Below are positions 55,867 to 64,000 of a stretch of DNA of 64,000 nucleotides, in pieces. The position numbers and the translations under genes were made by a program. Below the pieces are notes generated by a model. It was not told the origin of the DNA and made no database searches. It saw only the letters and a program-made list of their open reading frames with translations. The DNA lies in contig JAMCWD010000034.1 in assembly GCA_023475345.1 (NCBI GenBank), positions 7,691 to 71,690 on the forward strand. Reading direction: 5' to 3'. Source of the DNA: Chloroflexota bacterium (lineage in GTDB: Bacteria > Vulcanimicrobiota > JAMCWD01). The stretch's first letter is position 1. Every line of letters begins with the position of its first letter.

Positions 55867-56803
55867 CGGTTACGTCCTCCTGCATAGCCTTGTTCCTGAT
55901 GTATTTCAAAACTCTGAGGTTAACCTTATCCATATTCACCCCCAGGCGGGATTTCTCCTTGGGAGTTTCCAACAAAAAAGGAAGATTTAAAAATTTGGGC
56001 CTTTGCATCAGCAGATAAAACGTATGACAACCCAGGTAACCCCGGCCTATATGGGCATGCCTGTCGATATGCGAACCGATTTCTCTCTTGCTGTCGTTTA
56101 CATGGACGGCGCGGAGCTTATCTATGCCGAACTCTGCTTTTATCTCACCCGTCATGTCTTCGATCCCCTGTTCGGTCGTGATATCATACCCTGCGGAATA
56201 AAGATGACATGTATCCAGGCAGATGCCGATCTTTTCGGGATGCTTACAATGGGAGAGGATGGAATTGAAATGGGACATTTTTCCACCCAGTGTATCGCCG
56301 TGACCGGCGGTCGTTTCCAGGGTTATAAAAGTGCCGCCCTCCGGCACCTGCTCCAGGACTTCATCCAGAGCGAGCGCGGCAAGCCTGATGCCCTCCTTTT
56401 CTCCTTTCCCCCTGTGGCTTCCGGGATGGAGGATGAGATCATCCAGGCCGAGCCTGTAAGCGCGGTCACATTCTTTTAAAAGAGCGTCAATGGTTTTCTT
56501 CCTCAAAGATTTATCGGAGGCGGCTATATTCGGAAGATAAACAGCATGCGCAACAATAGGATGAATGCCGTATTTTTTCACATAGGACCTGAACTGCAAA
56601 ATCTCTTCGCCGCTCAATTGCCGGGAATCCCATATCCTGGGGGACTGGGTGAAAATCTGGAGGCATTCGGCGCCGACATCCAGGCATCTCACTACAGCCT
56701 GCGAAACTCCACCTTTTACCGAAAGATGAGCCCCGACCCTCGGCAGCTTAATGCTGCGGCTATCGAAATTTTTGCCCGGCTTCCTGTCTTTTTTCGAGGA
56801 CAT
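55847..56803 (-). CDS. nfo: Endonuclease IV (AP endonuclease) with a basic N-terminal extension
   Basis: VGAHLS..GG, HAVYLPNIA, HPGSH, LETTAG, CLDTCHLYSAGYD, HVNDSK. Confidence 0.85.
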   Translation of the reverse strand: MSSKKDRKPGKNFDSRSIKLPRVGAHLSVKGGVSQAVVRCLDVGAECLQIFTQSPRIWDSRQLSGEEILQFRSYVKKYGIHPIVAHAVYLPNIAASDKSLRKKTIDALLKECDRAYRLGLDDLILHPGSHRGKGEKEGIRLAALALDEVLEQVPEGGTFITLETTAGHGDTLGGKMSHFNSILSHCKHPEKIGICLDTCHLYSAGYDITTEQGIEDMTGEIKAEFGIDKLRAVHVNDSKREIGSHIDRHAHIGRGYLGCHTFYLLMQRPKFLNLPFLLETPKEKSRLGVNMDKVNLRVLKYIRNKAMQEDVTDAQPGA

Positions 56804-57046
56804 GCTGCTATGTTATCAGAATGAAATTATCTTCACAATAAGATTCGAGCATTATATTTATAAATTTACAAATTATTTCTTGGATTAGTATATTTATACT
56901 TAATATTTTATATTATAACTAATTTGTTATAGTATTATGCATGATGACTATACGGAAACTTTCAATACTATAGCTGAATATATATTGACTGGCGTAAAAA
57001 AAAAGATTATTATTTAATTGTGGTTGGAAAGGGGGAGTGGGCCTGT
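56804..57046. promoter_or_regulatory. AT-rich divergent control region between nfo (minus) and spoVS (plus)
   Basis: A run of about 200 nt visibly far more AT-rich than all surrounding sequence. Palindrome AGTATAttTATACT (56887-56900). Inverted repeat TATAGTATT (56928-56936) / AATACTATA (56964-56972). Candidate promoter TTGACT (56985-56990), 17 nt, TATTAT (57008-57013). Confidence 0.55.
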
Positions 57047-57307
57047 ATGGATATATTAAAAGTTTCAGCAAAGTCAAATCCCAATTCGGTAGCAGGTGCC
57101 CTAGCAGGAGTTTTAAGAGAGAAAGGATCAGCCGAAATGCAGGCCATCGGGGCAGGCGCCATTAATCAGGCTGTTAAGGCGATTGCTATCGCAAGGGGGT
57201 TTGTAGCACCGAGCGGAATGGATCTTATATGCGTGCCCGCATTCACCGAAATAATTATTGACGGGGAAGAGCGAACTGCGATAAGATTACTGGTGGAACC
57301 GCGATAA
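57047..57307 (+). CDS. spoVS: SpoVS-family protein
   Basis: MDILKVSAKSNPNSVAGALAGVLREKGSAEMQAIGAGAINQAVKAIAIARGFVAPSG.DLICVPAFTEI.IDGEERTAI.L.VEPR is near-identical in pattern to SpoVS. The ATG at 57047 follows a GGGGGAG RBS. Confidence 0.9.
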   Translation: MDILKVSAKSNPNSVAGALAGVLREKGSAEMQAIGAGAINQAVKAIAIARGFVAPSGMDLICVPAFTEIIIDGEERTAIRLLVEPR

Positions 57308-57322
57308 AAAAATAAATACGGA

Positions 57323-57370
57323 GGAATAGAAATAAAGTTGAGAAGGAAGTATTTCTATTTCCTTTTTTTC
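57323..57370 (+). terminator. Rho-independent terminator after spoVS
   Basis: GGAATAGAAATA (57323-57334) pairs with TATTTCTAT(T)TCC (57350-57362, one bulged T), followed by T7. Confidence 0.7.
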
Positions 57371-57390
57371 TTTTAAAGTAAGTTAGTACG

Positions 57391-58233
57391 ATGAATGTAG
57401 ATTTGCATTGCCATACGATTTTTTCCGACGGGATTCTTTCGCCCGAGGAAGTTGTTAAGGTCGCCGTGAACAAAGGCTTGCGCGTCCTTTCCATAACCGA
57501 CCATGACTGCCTCGGCGGAGTCATACCGGCACAGAACGCCGCGAAAGGCACACCCCTTTCGATAATCACGGGCATTGAGCTCAATTCCGAAAACACACAT
57601 TCCGAGGTACACATCCTGGGATACGGGATAGACCCGAACGACCCGGTGCTTAATGAAAAGCTGCAAGAGATCCGGCAGAGGCGTGTTATACGCATCAGGC
57701 AGATCCTGAAAAAGCTCAACAAGCTCGGGATGGACGTGTCTTTTGAAAAGGTGCTGGAAAATGCGCAGGGCGAATCATTATGCAGGCCGCATATCGGCAG
57801 GGTCATGGTCAAGTTGGGCTATGTGAAGAATTACCAGGAATCTTTTGACAAATACCTGGCAAGGGGTATGCCCGCTTATGTCCCGCGTAAAAAGTTCACC
57901 CCTGAAATAGCGGTGGAGATAATTAAGGAAGCAGGCGGCGTCCCGGTGCTGGCCCACCCGGGCCTTGTAGCAGAAGATGTGGAAGCATTGATTATACGGC
58001 TTCTGCCGTTGGGGCTCGAGGGAATAGAAGCCTATTACCCCCATCACAACGGGGAAAAAACCCGGTACTTTGCCGAGCTTGCAGGCAGATATAACCTGCT
58101 GACGACTGGCGGCTCCGATTATCACGGGGAAGGTGTAAGGAATTCCACCGGGCTTGGCGAAACATTATATCCCTGGGAAGAGTTCCAGAAGCTGACAGTA
58201 CGGCTTGCCGGGCTGAAGCAGGATAAAAAATGA
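57391..58233 (+). CDS. PHP-domain phosphoesterase (TrpH/YciV-like)
   Basis: VDLHCHTIFSDG, ITDHD, LAHPG, GGSDYHG. Confidence 0.85.
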   Translation: MNVDLHCHTIFSDGILSPEEVVKVAVNKGLRVLSITDHDCLGGVIPAQNAAKGTPLSIITGIELNSENTHSEVHILGYGIDPNDPVLNEKLQEIRQRRVIRIRQILKKLNKLGMDVSFEKVLENAQGESLCRPHIGRVMVKLGYVKNYQESFDKYLARGMPAYVPRKKFTPEIAVEIIKEAGGVPVLAHPGLVAEDVEALIIRLLPLGLEGIEAYYPHHNGEKTRYFAELAGRYNLLTTGGSDYHGEGVRNSTGLGETLYPWEEFQKLTVRLAGLKQDKK

Positions 58234-58574
58234 TTGATAAGAACGACATAAAAAAGATAATATGTCCCCCCGAAAATCTTCTTTTCCAGGCTGGCCAGAT
58301 GAAGGAAGGCGGCGCGGAGTTCCTTTTCATGGAATGCCGCAGGGAAGCCGAAGACGAAATAACCCTGGATTATACTTTCAACTTTAACGGCGTCATAACG
58401 ACTGTTTCAACTCATACTCAGCAGCGGGACATAAGCTCGCTTTATTCGATATATCCCGGTTCGGATTACCCGGAACGCGAAGCCGCCGGGCTTTTCCAGG
58501 TAAAATTCATAGGCAACCCGAACCTTGCGGCCGCCGGGCTTCCTGAGGCCGGTCATGGAGAGAAAAAATCCTGA
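58230..58574 (+). CDS. Small protein resembling the NuoC / complex I 30-kDa subunit domain
   Basis: ITLDYTFNF.......S..SIYPGSDYPEREAAGLFQVKFIGNP follows the ...Y.l....S....Y..A.W.ERE..D.FG..F.GHP pattern. ATGA overlap with the PHP gene. Confidence 0.4.
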   Translation: MIDKNDIKKIICPPENLLFQAGQMKEGGAEFLFMECRREAEDEITLDYTFNFNGVITTVSTHTQQRDISSLYSIYPGSDYPEREAAGLFQVKFIGNPNLAAAGLPEAGHGEKKS

Positions 58575-59722
58575 TGAATAAAAAAGCCGCATTAACATGT
58601 GCGGTTTTGCTGTTATTGAGCATTTTTGCTTTTAATGCCGCCTGTGCTGACGAACTGAAATCCCCTGAAGCGGAGAAGCACTGTAAAATCGGCTTGAGCC
58701 TGATGCTTGCCGGGAAATGGCCCCAGGCCGAAACCGAGTTCAAGAAAACGCTGGAGATTGATCAGAAGTACCTCGATGCAAGGTATTACCTGGCCCTGTG
58801 CCTGATACAACAGAGAAAAATCGACGAGGCAAAAGAAAACCTGGAAACGCTATTGAAATATGGGCCTAAGTACGAGCCTGCATACCTGGGCCTTGCGGAC
58901 ATTTACAGGTACAAAAAAGATTTCAAAAAAGCCAGGGAGACCCTTGAACAGCTTAAATCCAATGTTCAGAACCCGGCTTCTGCCGATTTCGGGCTGGGCA
59001 TTGTGGATTATTACGAAGGCAAGTTGGACGAAGCAATATCGATGTGGCTGAAGGCGGTGGATTCCAACTCCAAACTAGCATCGGCTTATTTCAACTTGGG
59101 GATAGCTTATTTCAACAAGAACGATTTCGGGAAAGCTGCAGGCTATATCAGGGAAGCGGTCAGGATAGAGCCTGACAACGCCGAAAATTATTTTCACCTG
59201 GGATGGTTCTGCTATCTTTCCGGCATCAAGGATAAAGCCGATTCCGCATTCCTCCAGATGAAGATCAACGCCCCCGGCACCAAATGGGACCTGGTCGTAC
59301 AGGCTATAAAAGATATCGACGGCAAGAATTATGTAAGAGCCGGCTCGCTCCTTGAAAAACTCCTGAAAGAAAATACCGGCATGTCGCCTGCTAAATACCT
59401 GGAGGCGGTAATTTTTGAACAGACGGACAAAAAGCCCGATGCTTTGAAAATTTATAAAGATCTCCTGGAAGAAGATCCCAACGACCGCATCGTCCGGGGA
59501 GCAATCGAAAGACTGGAAAAAGAAGGCGTCAAACCAGCCGAAATCAAGCCGGAAGAAAAAACGAAAGACGATAGCGCCGGAAAACCCGGGCAGGAACCGG
59601 CTGTCGAAAACGGCGGGAATAAGACCACGCCTGAAGCCGGACCTGCCTCCCCTGCCCCCGTCTCCCCGTCCGGCGGACAACAACCGCCTGAAGACAATAA
59701 CAGCGTGGCTCCGGGAAAATAA
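58574..59722 (+). CDS. Secreted TPR-repeat protein with a Pro/Glu-rich C-terminal tail
   Basis: Signal peptide MNKKAALTCAVLLLLSIFAFNAACA, several TPR units, and the tail KPEEKTKDDSAGKPGQEP...PAPVSPSGGQQPPEDN. Confidence 0.7.
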   Translation: MNKKAALTCAVLLLLSIFAFNAACADELKSPEAEKHCKIGLSLMLAGKWPQAETEFKKTLEIDQKYLDARYYLALCLIQQRKIDEAKENLETLLKYGPKYEPAYLGLADIYRYKKDFKKARETLEQLKSNVQNPASADFGLGIVDYYEGKLDEAISMWLKAVDSNSKLASAYFNLGIAYFNKNDFGKAAGYIREAVRIEPDNAENYFHLGWFCYLSGIKDKADSAFLQMKINAPGTKWDLVVQAIKDIDGKNYVRAGSLLEKLLKENTGMSPAKYLEAVIFEQTDKKPDALKIYKDLLEEDPNDRIVRGAIERLEKEGVKPAEIKPEEKTKDDSAGKPGQEPAVENGGNKTTPEAGPASPAPVSPSGGQQPPEDNNSVAPGK

Positions 59723-59723
59723 T

Positions 59724-60992
59724 ATGTTTGCCGGAAGAGTTAAAAATTTCTGCCTGCTGATCCTTGCCTCGTTATTGATCATCATCGCCGGAGGGTGCGC
59801 AAGCCGTGCGAACACTGATAAGATCAGGCTGGAATTCTGGACTATATCGCTGAAGCCGACATATAACGATTATATGAATGGCCTCATAGGGCGCTATGAA
59901 AAGCTCCATCCCGACGTCGAGCTTGAATGGATCGACCTGCCGATAAATGTAGTGATGCAGAAGCTGATGGCGTCCATCGCAGGCGGTGCTTCTCCCGACG
60001 TCGTCAACCTGAATACCGACTACGCCCTAATCCTGGCTCAGAACAACGCCCTCGTCAGCATGGACAAAATGGTACCGGCGGACATCCGGGCCGGTTATTT
60101 CGAAAACCTCTGGGAGGCATCCCGCTGGAAAGGCGAATCTTACGCCGTTCCCTGGTATGTCAGCACACAGTTGATCATGTATAACAAAAAAATATTTAAA
60201 GAAGCAGGTCTGCCGGAGGCCGCCCCGGCGACATGGGACGAAGTCGTTGCCGTATCGAAAGCCGTCCGGAAAAAGACCGGCTTTTACGGCTTCATGCCCG
60301 CGGTCAAGTTGATAAACGACTGGAGGATGAACGGTGTCCCGGTGCTTGATGAATCGAAGAAACATGCGCTTTTCGACAGGCCGGAGGCCGTCGCGTACCT
60401 CGAATGGTATGTCAACCTCAGGAAACAGGACCTCATCCCGGCGGAAACGCTGGTGCTGGGATACCAGGGCGCGCTTGACCGCTACCAGGCGGGAAGCCTG
60501 GGGATGCTCATAACAGGCCCCCAGTTCCTGCTCCGCATTGCAAAAAATGCGCCTGATGTTTATGCCGCTACAGCCGTCGGGCCTTATCCCCCGGGCAGGG
60601 CGGGAATAGTGCCTGTCGCCACGATGAACTTCGTCGTGCCCAGGGCTTCGAAAAACCGGGGAAAGGCCGTTGACCTGGCCCTGTTTTTAACAGGCGATGA
60701 AAACCAGCTCGAATTCTGCAAGCTGGTGCCCCTCCTCCCCTCAAGGAAAAAAGCCGCTTCCGATGAATTTTTCGAGAAGGGAAAAGGCTCGCCCCTGGAA
60801 GATGACGCCATACGCATATCGGTGAAGCAGCTTTCGTACGGGCGCGACCTGAGCCTGGGAGTAAAAGACAGTAACAACCTTGTAAGGATCCTGAACCAGG
60901 CCGTGGAATCGGCCTTCTACGGGCGGCAGGAACCGGCCGCGGTACTACGCGAAGCCGCAAAGCAATGGGATGAAATCCTCGGAGGAAATTAA
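59724..60992 (+). CDS. ABC transporter substrate-binding protein (sugar-type, family 1), lipoprotein
   Basis: LLIIIAGGC lipobox. IRLEFWT...PDVVNLN...AVPWYVSTQLIMYNK is typical of SBP_bac_1. Confidence 0.8.
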   Translation: MFAGRVKNFCLLILASLLIIIAGGCASRANTDKIRLEFWTISLKPTYNDYMNGLIGRYEKLHPDVELEWIDLPINVVMQKLMASIAGGASPDVVNLNTDYALILAQNNALVSMDKMVPADIRAGYFENLWEASRWKGESYAVPWYVSTQLIMYNKKIFKEAGLPEAAPATWDEVVAVSKAVRKKTGFYGFMPAVKLINDWRMNGVPVLDESKKHALFDRPEAVAYLEWYVNLRKQDLIPAETLVLGYQGALDRYQAGSLGMLITGPQFLLRIAKNAPDVYAATAVGPYPPGRAGIVPVATMNFVVPRASKNRGKAVDLALFLTGDENQLEFCKLVPLLPSRKKAASDEFFEKGKGSPLEDDAIRISVKQLSYGRDLSLGVKDSNNLVRILNQAVESAFYGRQEPAAVLREAAKQWDEILGGN

Positions 60993-61003
60993 AACAGCAG
61001 ACA

Positions 61004-61909
61004 ATGAAAAAGATTTTTAAAAATACACTCGCCGCCTACCTGTTCCTTCTACCCGCCCTTGTTTTGCTCGTTGTCTTCACGTTGTACCCGATGATCAGGG
61101 GCATAACCCTCAGCTTTTACCACTTCAACATGATCCAGACCACCGACGCCGGACTCCCCGCGCCGCCTGTATTCATAGGGCTGGATAACTACAAAGGAAT
61201 TTTCGGCGACCCCCTGTTTTTTATGGCGCTCCGGAATTCGTTGTTGTATCTTCTGATAGTGCCCGTTATCCAGATCGGGGCGCTGGTGATAGCGGTGCTC
61301 CTGAACAGGAAGGCTCCCGGCGTATATTTCATGAGGACCGCCATGTACCTGCCCGTCATAACGTCCATAGTCATAGTGGGCATCGCGTGGAAATGGCTTT
61401 TCGTATCAGACGGGCTTTTGAATTTCTTCCTGGTCGATAAGCTCCACCTGCTCTCTGAACCCGTAGGGTGGCTCACCGACCGCAGGATTGCGCTCTTTTC
61501 GGTGATGCTGGTTACACTATGGCAGGGCCTCGGATATTACATGGTGTTGTATCTTTCGGGACTCCAGGCCATATCGCCCGAACACCTCGACGCCGCGAAA
61601 ATCGACGGCGCAAACCATTTCGATATCTTTACAAAAATAATGATCCCTCTCATCAGACCCACGATTATGCTGTGCGTTATCATCTCGTGCCTGGGCGCTC
61701 TCAAAGTTTTCGGCGAGATCTACGTCATGACGGGAGGCGGCCCCGAAAACAGCACCCTGACTATGGTTTATTACATCTTCGTCAAGGGCTTCAACGATTT
61801 CCAGATGGGATACGCCTCGGCCCTCGGCGTGGTTTTCGCTTTCATCCTGGGCATTGTCTCTTATATTAATTTCAAGTTCTTCCGTGAGGGAGGACTCCAA
61901 TACTACTGA
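61004..61909 (+). CDS. Sugar ABC transporter permease (MalF/UgpA-like)
   Basis: Six TM segments with the EAA loop DAAKIDGANHFDIFTKIMIPLIRP. Confidence 0.85.
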   Translation: MKKIFKNTLAAYLFLLPALVLLVVFTLYPMIRGITLSFYHFNMIQTTDAGLPAPPVFIGLDNYKGIFGDPLFFMALRNSLLYLLIVPVIQIGALVIAVLLNRKAPGVYFMRTAMYLPVITSIVIVGIAWKWLFVSDGLLNFFLVDKLHLLSEPVGWLTDRRIALFSVMLVTLWQGLGYYMVLYLSGLQAISPEHLDAAKIDGANHFDIFTKIMIPLIRPTIMLCVIISCLGALKVFGEIYVMTGGGPENSTLTMVYYIFVKGFNDFQMGYASALGVVFAFILGIVSYINFKFFREGGLQYY

Positions 61910-62750
61910 TGATACGGAGGTAAGGAAAATCAGGTACGCCTGGAAAATATTGTTTTACCTGGCGCTTGCGGTAATCGGCGTATTTGCGCTGGTGCCTTTT
62001 GTATGGCTTCTTTCCACTTCTTTGAAAAGCGCGGGCAATGTTTTCCGCCTCGAAAGCCTGACCGACCTTATCCCTAAACCTCTGACTTTAAGCAACTACA
62101 TCCAGATATGGAAGCAGATCCCCATGATGACAAGGTTCTTCCTCAACAGTTTCATCATCTGCTTTTTCGGCGTATTCTTCCAGGTTCTCATCTCCGCTCT
62201 TGCCGGGTATCCTCTTGCGCGGATGGAGTTCCCCGGAAAAAAATTGATCATGGTAACGATGGTTGCCACGCTTCTGCTGCCTGTGGAGGCCAACCTCGTG
62301 GTCAACTTCATAACGATAAGGGCCATGCACCTGTACAACACTTACGCCGCGGTACTGCTGCCGGGGCTGGTGTCGGTATTCGGTATCTTTTTAATGCGGC
62401 AGTCGTTCCTGGTGATTCCTAAAGATCTCGATGACGCCGCGCGCATAGACGGGGCAAGCGAATGGGCCATCTGGCGCCATGTCCTGATGCCTTTATGCGG
62501 CCCTTCCACCGCCGTGCTTACGATATTCTCGTTCGTGGCTTTCTGGAATACGTTCATGTGGCCCCTCATCGTCCTGAAGAACGAATCGATGTACCCTCTG
62601 ACTGTGGGGCTGAGCTACATGGCGAACATGTTCAGCTCCGATTTCCGCCTTGTCGCCGCAGGCTGCCTGCTGGCGATGATCCCTGTCGTGATACTGTTCC
62701 TGTTCAACCAGAGATATTTCGTCCAGGGGATCCAGGGGATCGGGAAATAA
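61854..62750 (+). CDS. Sugar ABC transporter permease (MalG/UgpE-like)
   Basis: EAA loop DAARIDGASEWAIWRHVLMPL. The true start is uncertain (a possible GTG at 61884). Confidence 0.8.
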   Translation: MSLILISSSSVREDSNTTDDTEVRKIRYAWKILFYLALAVIGVFALVPFVWLLSTSLKSAGNVFRLESLTDLIPKPLTLSNYIQIWKQIPMMTRFFLNSFIICFFGVFFQVLISALAGYPLARMEFPGKKLIMVTMVATLLLPVEANLVVNFITIRAMHLYNTYAAVLLPGLVSVFGIFLMRQSFLVIPKDLDDAARIDGASEWAIWRHVLMPLCGPSTAVLTIFSFVAFWNTFMWPLIVLKNESMYPLTVGLSYMANMFSSDFRLVAAGCLLAMIPVVILFLFNQRYFVQGIQGIGK

Positions 62751-62804
62751 GAAGGTGAATCCCGCCCCGCCGTCAAATTCCATGCCCTCCGGGAGGCTTT
62801 AACA

Positions 62805-64000
62805 ATGTCGCAATCTTTAAGAGACAGGCTGGGACAGCTTTTAATCATAGGTATGCCGGGAACGAAACCTGATGAAGAAACCCTCCGCCTTTTGAAAATG
62901 GGTATCGGCGGTATAATTTTATTTATAAAGAACCTGGAGGACGCCGGTCAAACCAGGAAACTGATCCTCGGCCTCCAGAACGAAGCGGAGCATTTTCCTT
63001 TGTTCATCGCAGTTGACCAGGAAGGCGGCATGACCGCGCCCGTCCGTTACGCGGAAACAATTTCACCGGGGAACATGGCGATAGGAGCGGCAGGGAACGA
63101 GGATTATGCAAGACAGGCCGCAAGGCTCTCCGGGCTTGAGATGAAAGAGCTGGGGTTCAATTTCGTGCTTGCCCCCGTGCTGGACATAAATAACAACCCT
63201 GAAAATCCCGTAATCGGGACACGATCTTTCGGAGGAGATCCAACGCTCGTTTCCTGCATGGGGAGGGCTGCCCTCAATGGTTACAGGGACGCCGCCATAC
63301 TCCCATGCGCAAAACATTTCCCCGGTCACGGGGATACAACGGTTGACTCCCACCTCGATTTACCTGTAGTCCTAAATTCCCGCGAGCACCTGCTTGACGT
63401 AGAGCTTGCCCCGTTTAAAGATGCGGTACAAGACGGCCTGGAATGCCTGATGACCGCCCATGTAATTTATACCGGGCTTGACCCGGAGAACCCGGCGACA
63501 TTATCACATAAGATACTCACCGGTATTTTAAGGGAAAAGATGAATTACCGGGGGCTTATTATCACCGACGCGCTTGAGATGAGCGCCATCGCCGGAAATA
63601 TCCCGCCCGGAGAAGCCGCGGTCAGGGCGTTCCTTGCGGGTGCGGATATCCTGCTCGTCTGTGAGCCGAAACTCGCAGGTGAAGTTTTTTCGCATTTGCT
63701 GACGGCTTATGACGAAGGACGCCTGCCCGAAAACAGGCTCGCCGAATCTCTTGAACGGATCGAAAAAGCAAAAAAACTCTGTTGTGCCTGTCCCGAACAT
63801 GACGGGGAAGTCAATCCCGGAGAGCTTTTCGATAATATCGCACGGGATGCCGTTACGGTGTTGAAAAATGAAAAAGGCATACTGCCGTTCGACCCCGGAA
63901 AATCGGGAGAAAACATTTTGCTGATATATCCCGATTCACCTTTAAAGGACGTCCCTGATATAGCCGTTGTATTCAAGCGGTCATGGCCGGGCTTGAACTG
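62805..64000 (+). CDS. nagZ: GH3 beta-N-acetylhexosaminidase (NagZ-like); the 3' end lies outside the window
   Basis: Not in the ORF track because it has no stop in the window. My own translation from the ATG at 62805 gives MSQSLRDRLGQLLIIGMPG...FIAVDQEGG...VLAPVLDIN.NP.NPVIG.RSFG...KHFPGHGDTTVDSHLDLPVV. Confidence 0.8.
   Translation, partial: MSQSLRDRLGQLLIIGMPGTKPDEETLRLLKMGIGGIILFIKNLEDAGQTRKLILGLQNEAEHFPLFIAVDQEGGMTAPVRYAETISPGNMAIGAAGNEDYARQAARLSGLEMKELGFNFVLAPVLDINNNPENPVIGTRSFGGDPTLVSCMGRAALNGYRDAAILPCAKHFPGHGDTTVDSHLDLPVVLNSREHLLDVELAPFKDAVQDGLECLMTAHVIYTGLDPENPATLSHKILTGILREKMNYRGLIITDALEMSAIAGNIPPGEAAVRAFLAGADILLVCEPKLAGEVFSHLLTAYDEGRLPENRLAESLERIEKAKKLCCACPEHDGEVNPGELFDNIARDAVTVLKNEKGILPFDPGKSGENILLIYPDSPLKDVPDIAVVFKRSWPGLN

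Noticed and set aside
59075-59815. 246-aa antisense ORF opposite the secreted TPR gene
   Set aside because: It is a shadow ORF. The plus strand has a signal peptide, TPR units and coupled start and stop codons with its neighbours.

Overview
This is a densely coded 64-kb stretch of bacterial chromosome. All calls come from reading the supplied translations and the DNA by eye, with no database search. I recognised no rRNA, tRNA, CRISPR array, transposase or integrase.

Most of the window is housekeeping:
- Information processing: sigma-70, recG-rsmD-coaD, recA-recX, ileS, tgt, rluD, tsaE, and ribosomal proteins L28, L32, L21 and S20.
- Lipid synthesis: plsX and yceD-rpmF-fabH-fabD-fabG-acpP.
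- Envelope: lspA-lgt plus a GT39 glycosyltransferase, and two pseudopilins.
- Other metabolism: dapA, ispF, apgM and two purine-type deaminases.
- Many repeat-scaffold proteins: a TPR-kinase, two HEAT paralogs, a WD40 protein and a TPR protein.
- Two sugar ABC substrate-binding proteins, two ABC permeases, and GH13 and GH3 hydrolases.

The one clearly accessory system is a minus-strand operon at 48963-54415 encoding a bacterial microcompartment (BMC). It has two BMC-H shell genes, a PduL-type phosphotransacylase, an acylating aldehyde dehydrogenase, a PduM-like protein, RpiB, and a deoxyribose-phosphate aldolase fused to a second PduM-like domain and a four-Cys motif. Four cargo proteins share an N-terminal encapsulation-peptide-like helix. 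No vertex (BMC-P) gene, trimer (BMC-T) gene or alcohol dehydrogenase is present. The operon is flanked by nfo and a GH13 gene upstream and by a translationally coupled recO downstream. This resembles the bioinformatically defined but experimentally uncharacterised sugar-phosphate-utilising BMC class.

Smaller oddities:
- 93-bp near-identical tandem units inside a HEAT gene.
- REP-like hairpins, including an inverted pair with compensatory substitutions.
- A frameshifted pncC/cinA-like gene.
- rplU with a lysine/alanine-rich tail, and prp without rpmA.
- Orphan FliG_N-like, NuoC-like and NfnA-like genes.
- An AT-rich divergent control region upstream of spoVS.

Taxon cannot be assigned from this window. 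Gene order is partly Firmicutes-like, but the content is typical of uncultivated lineages.
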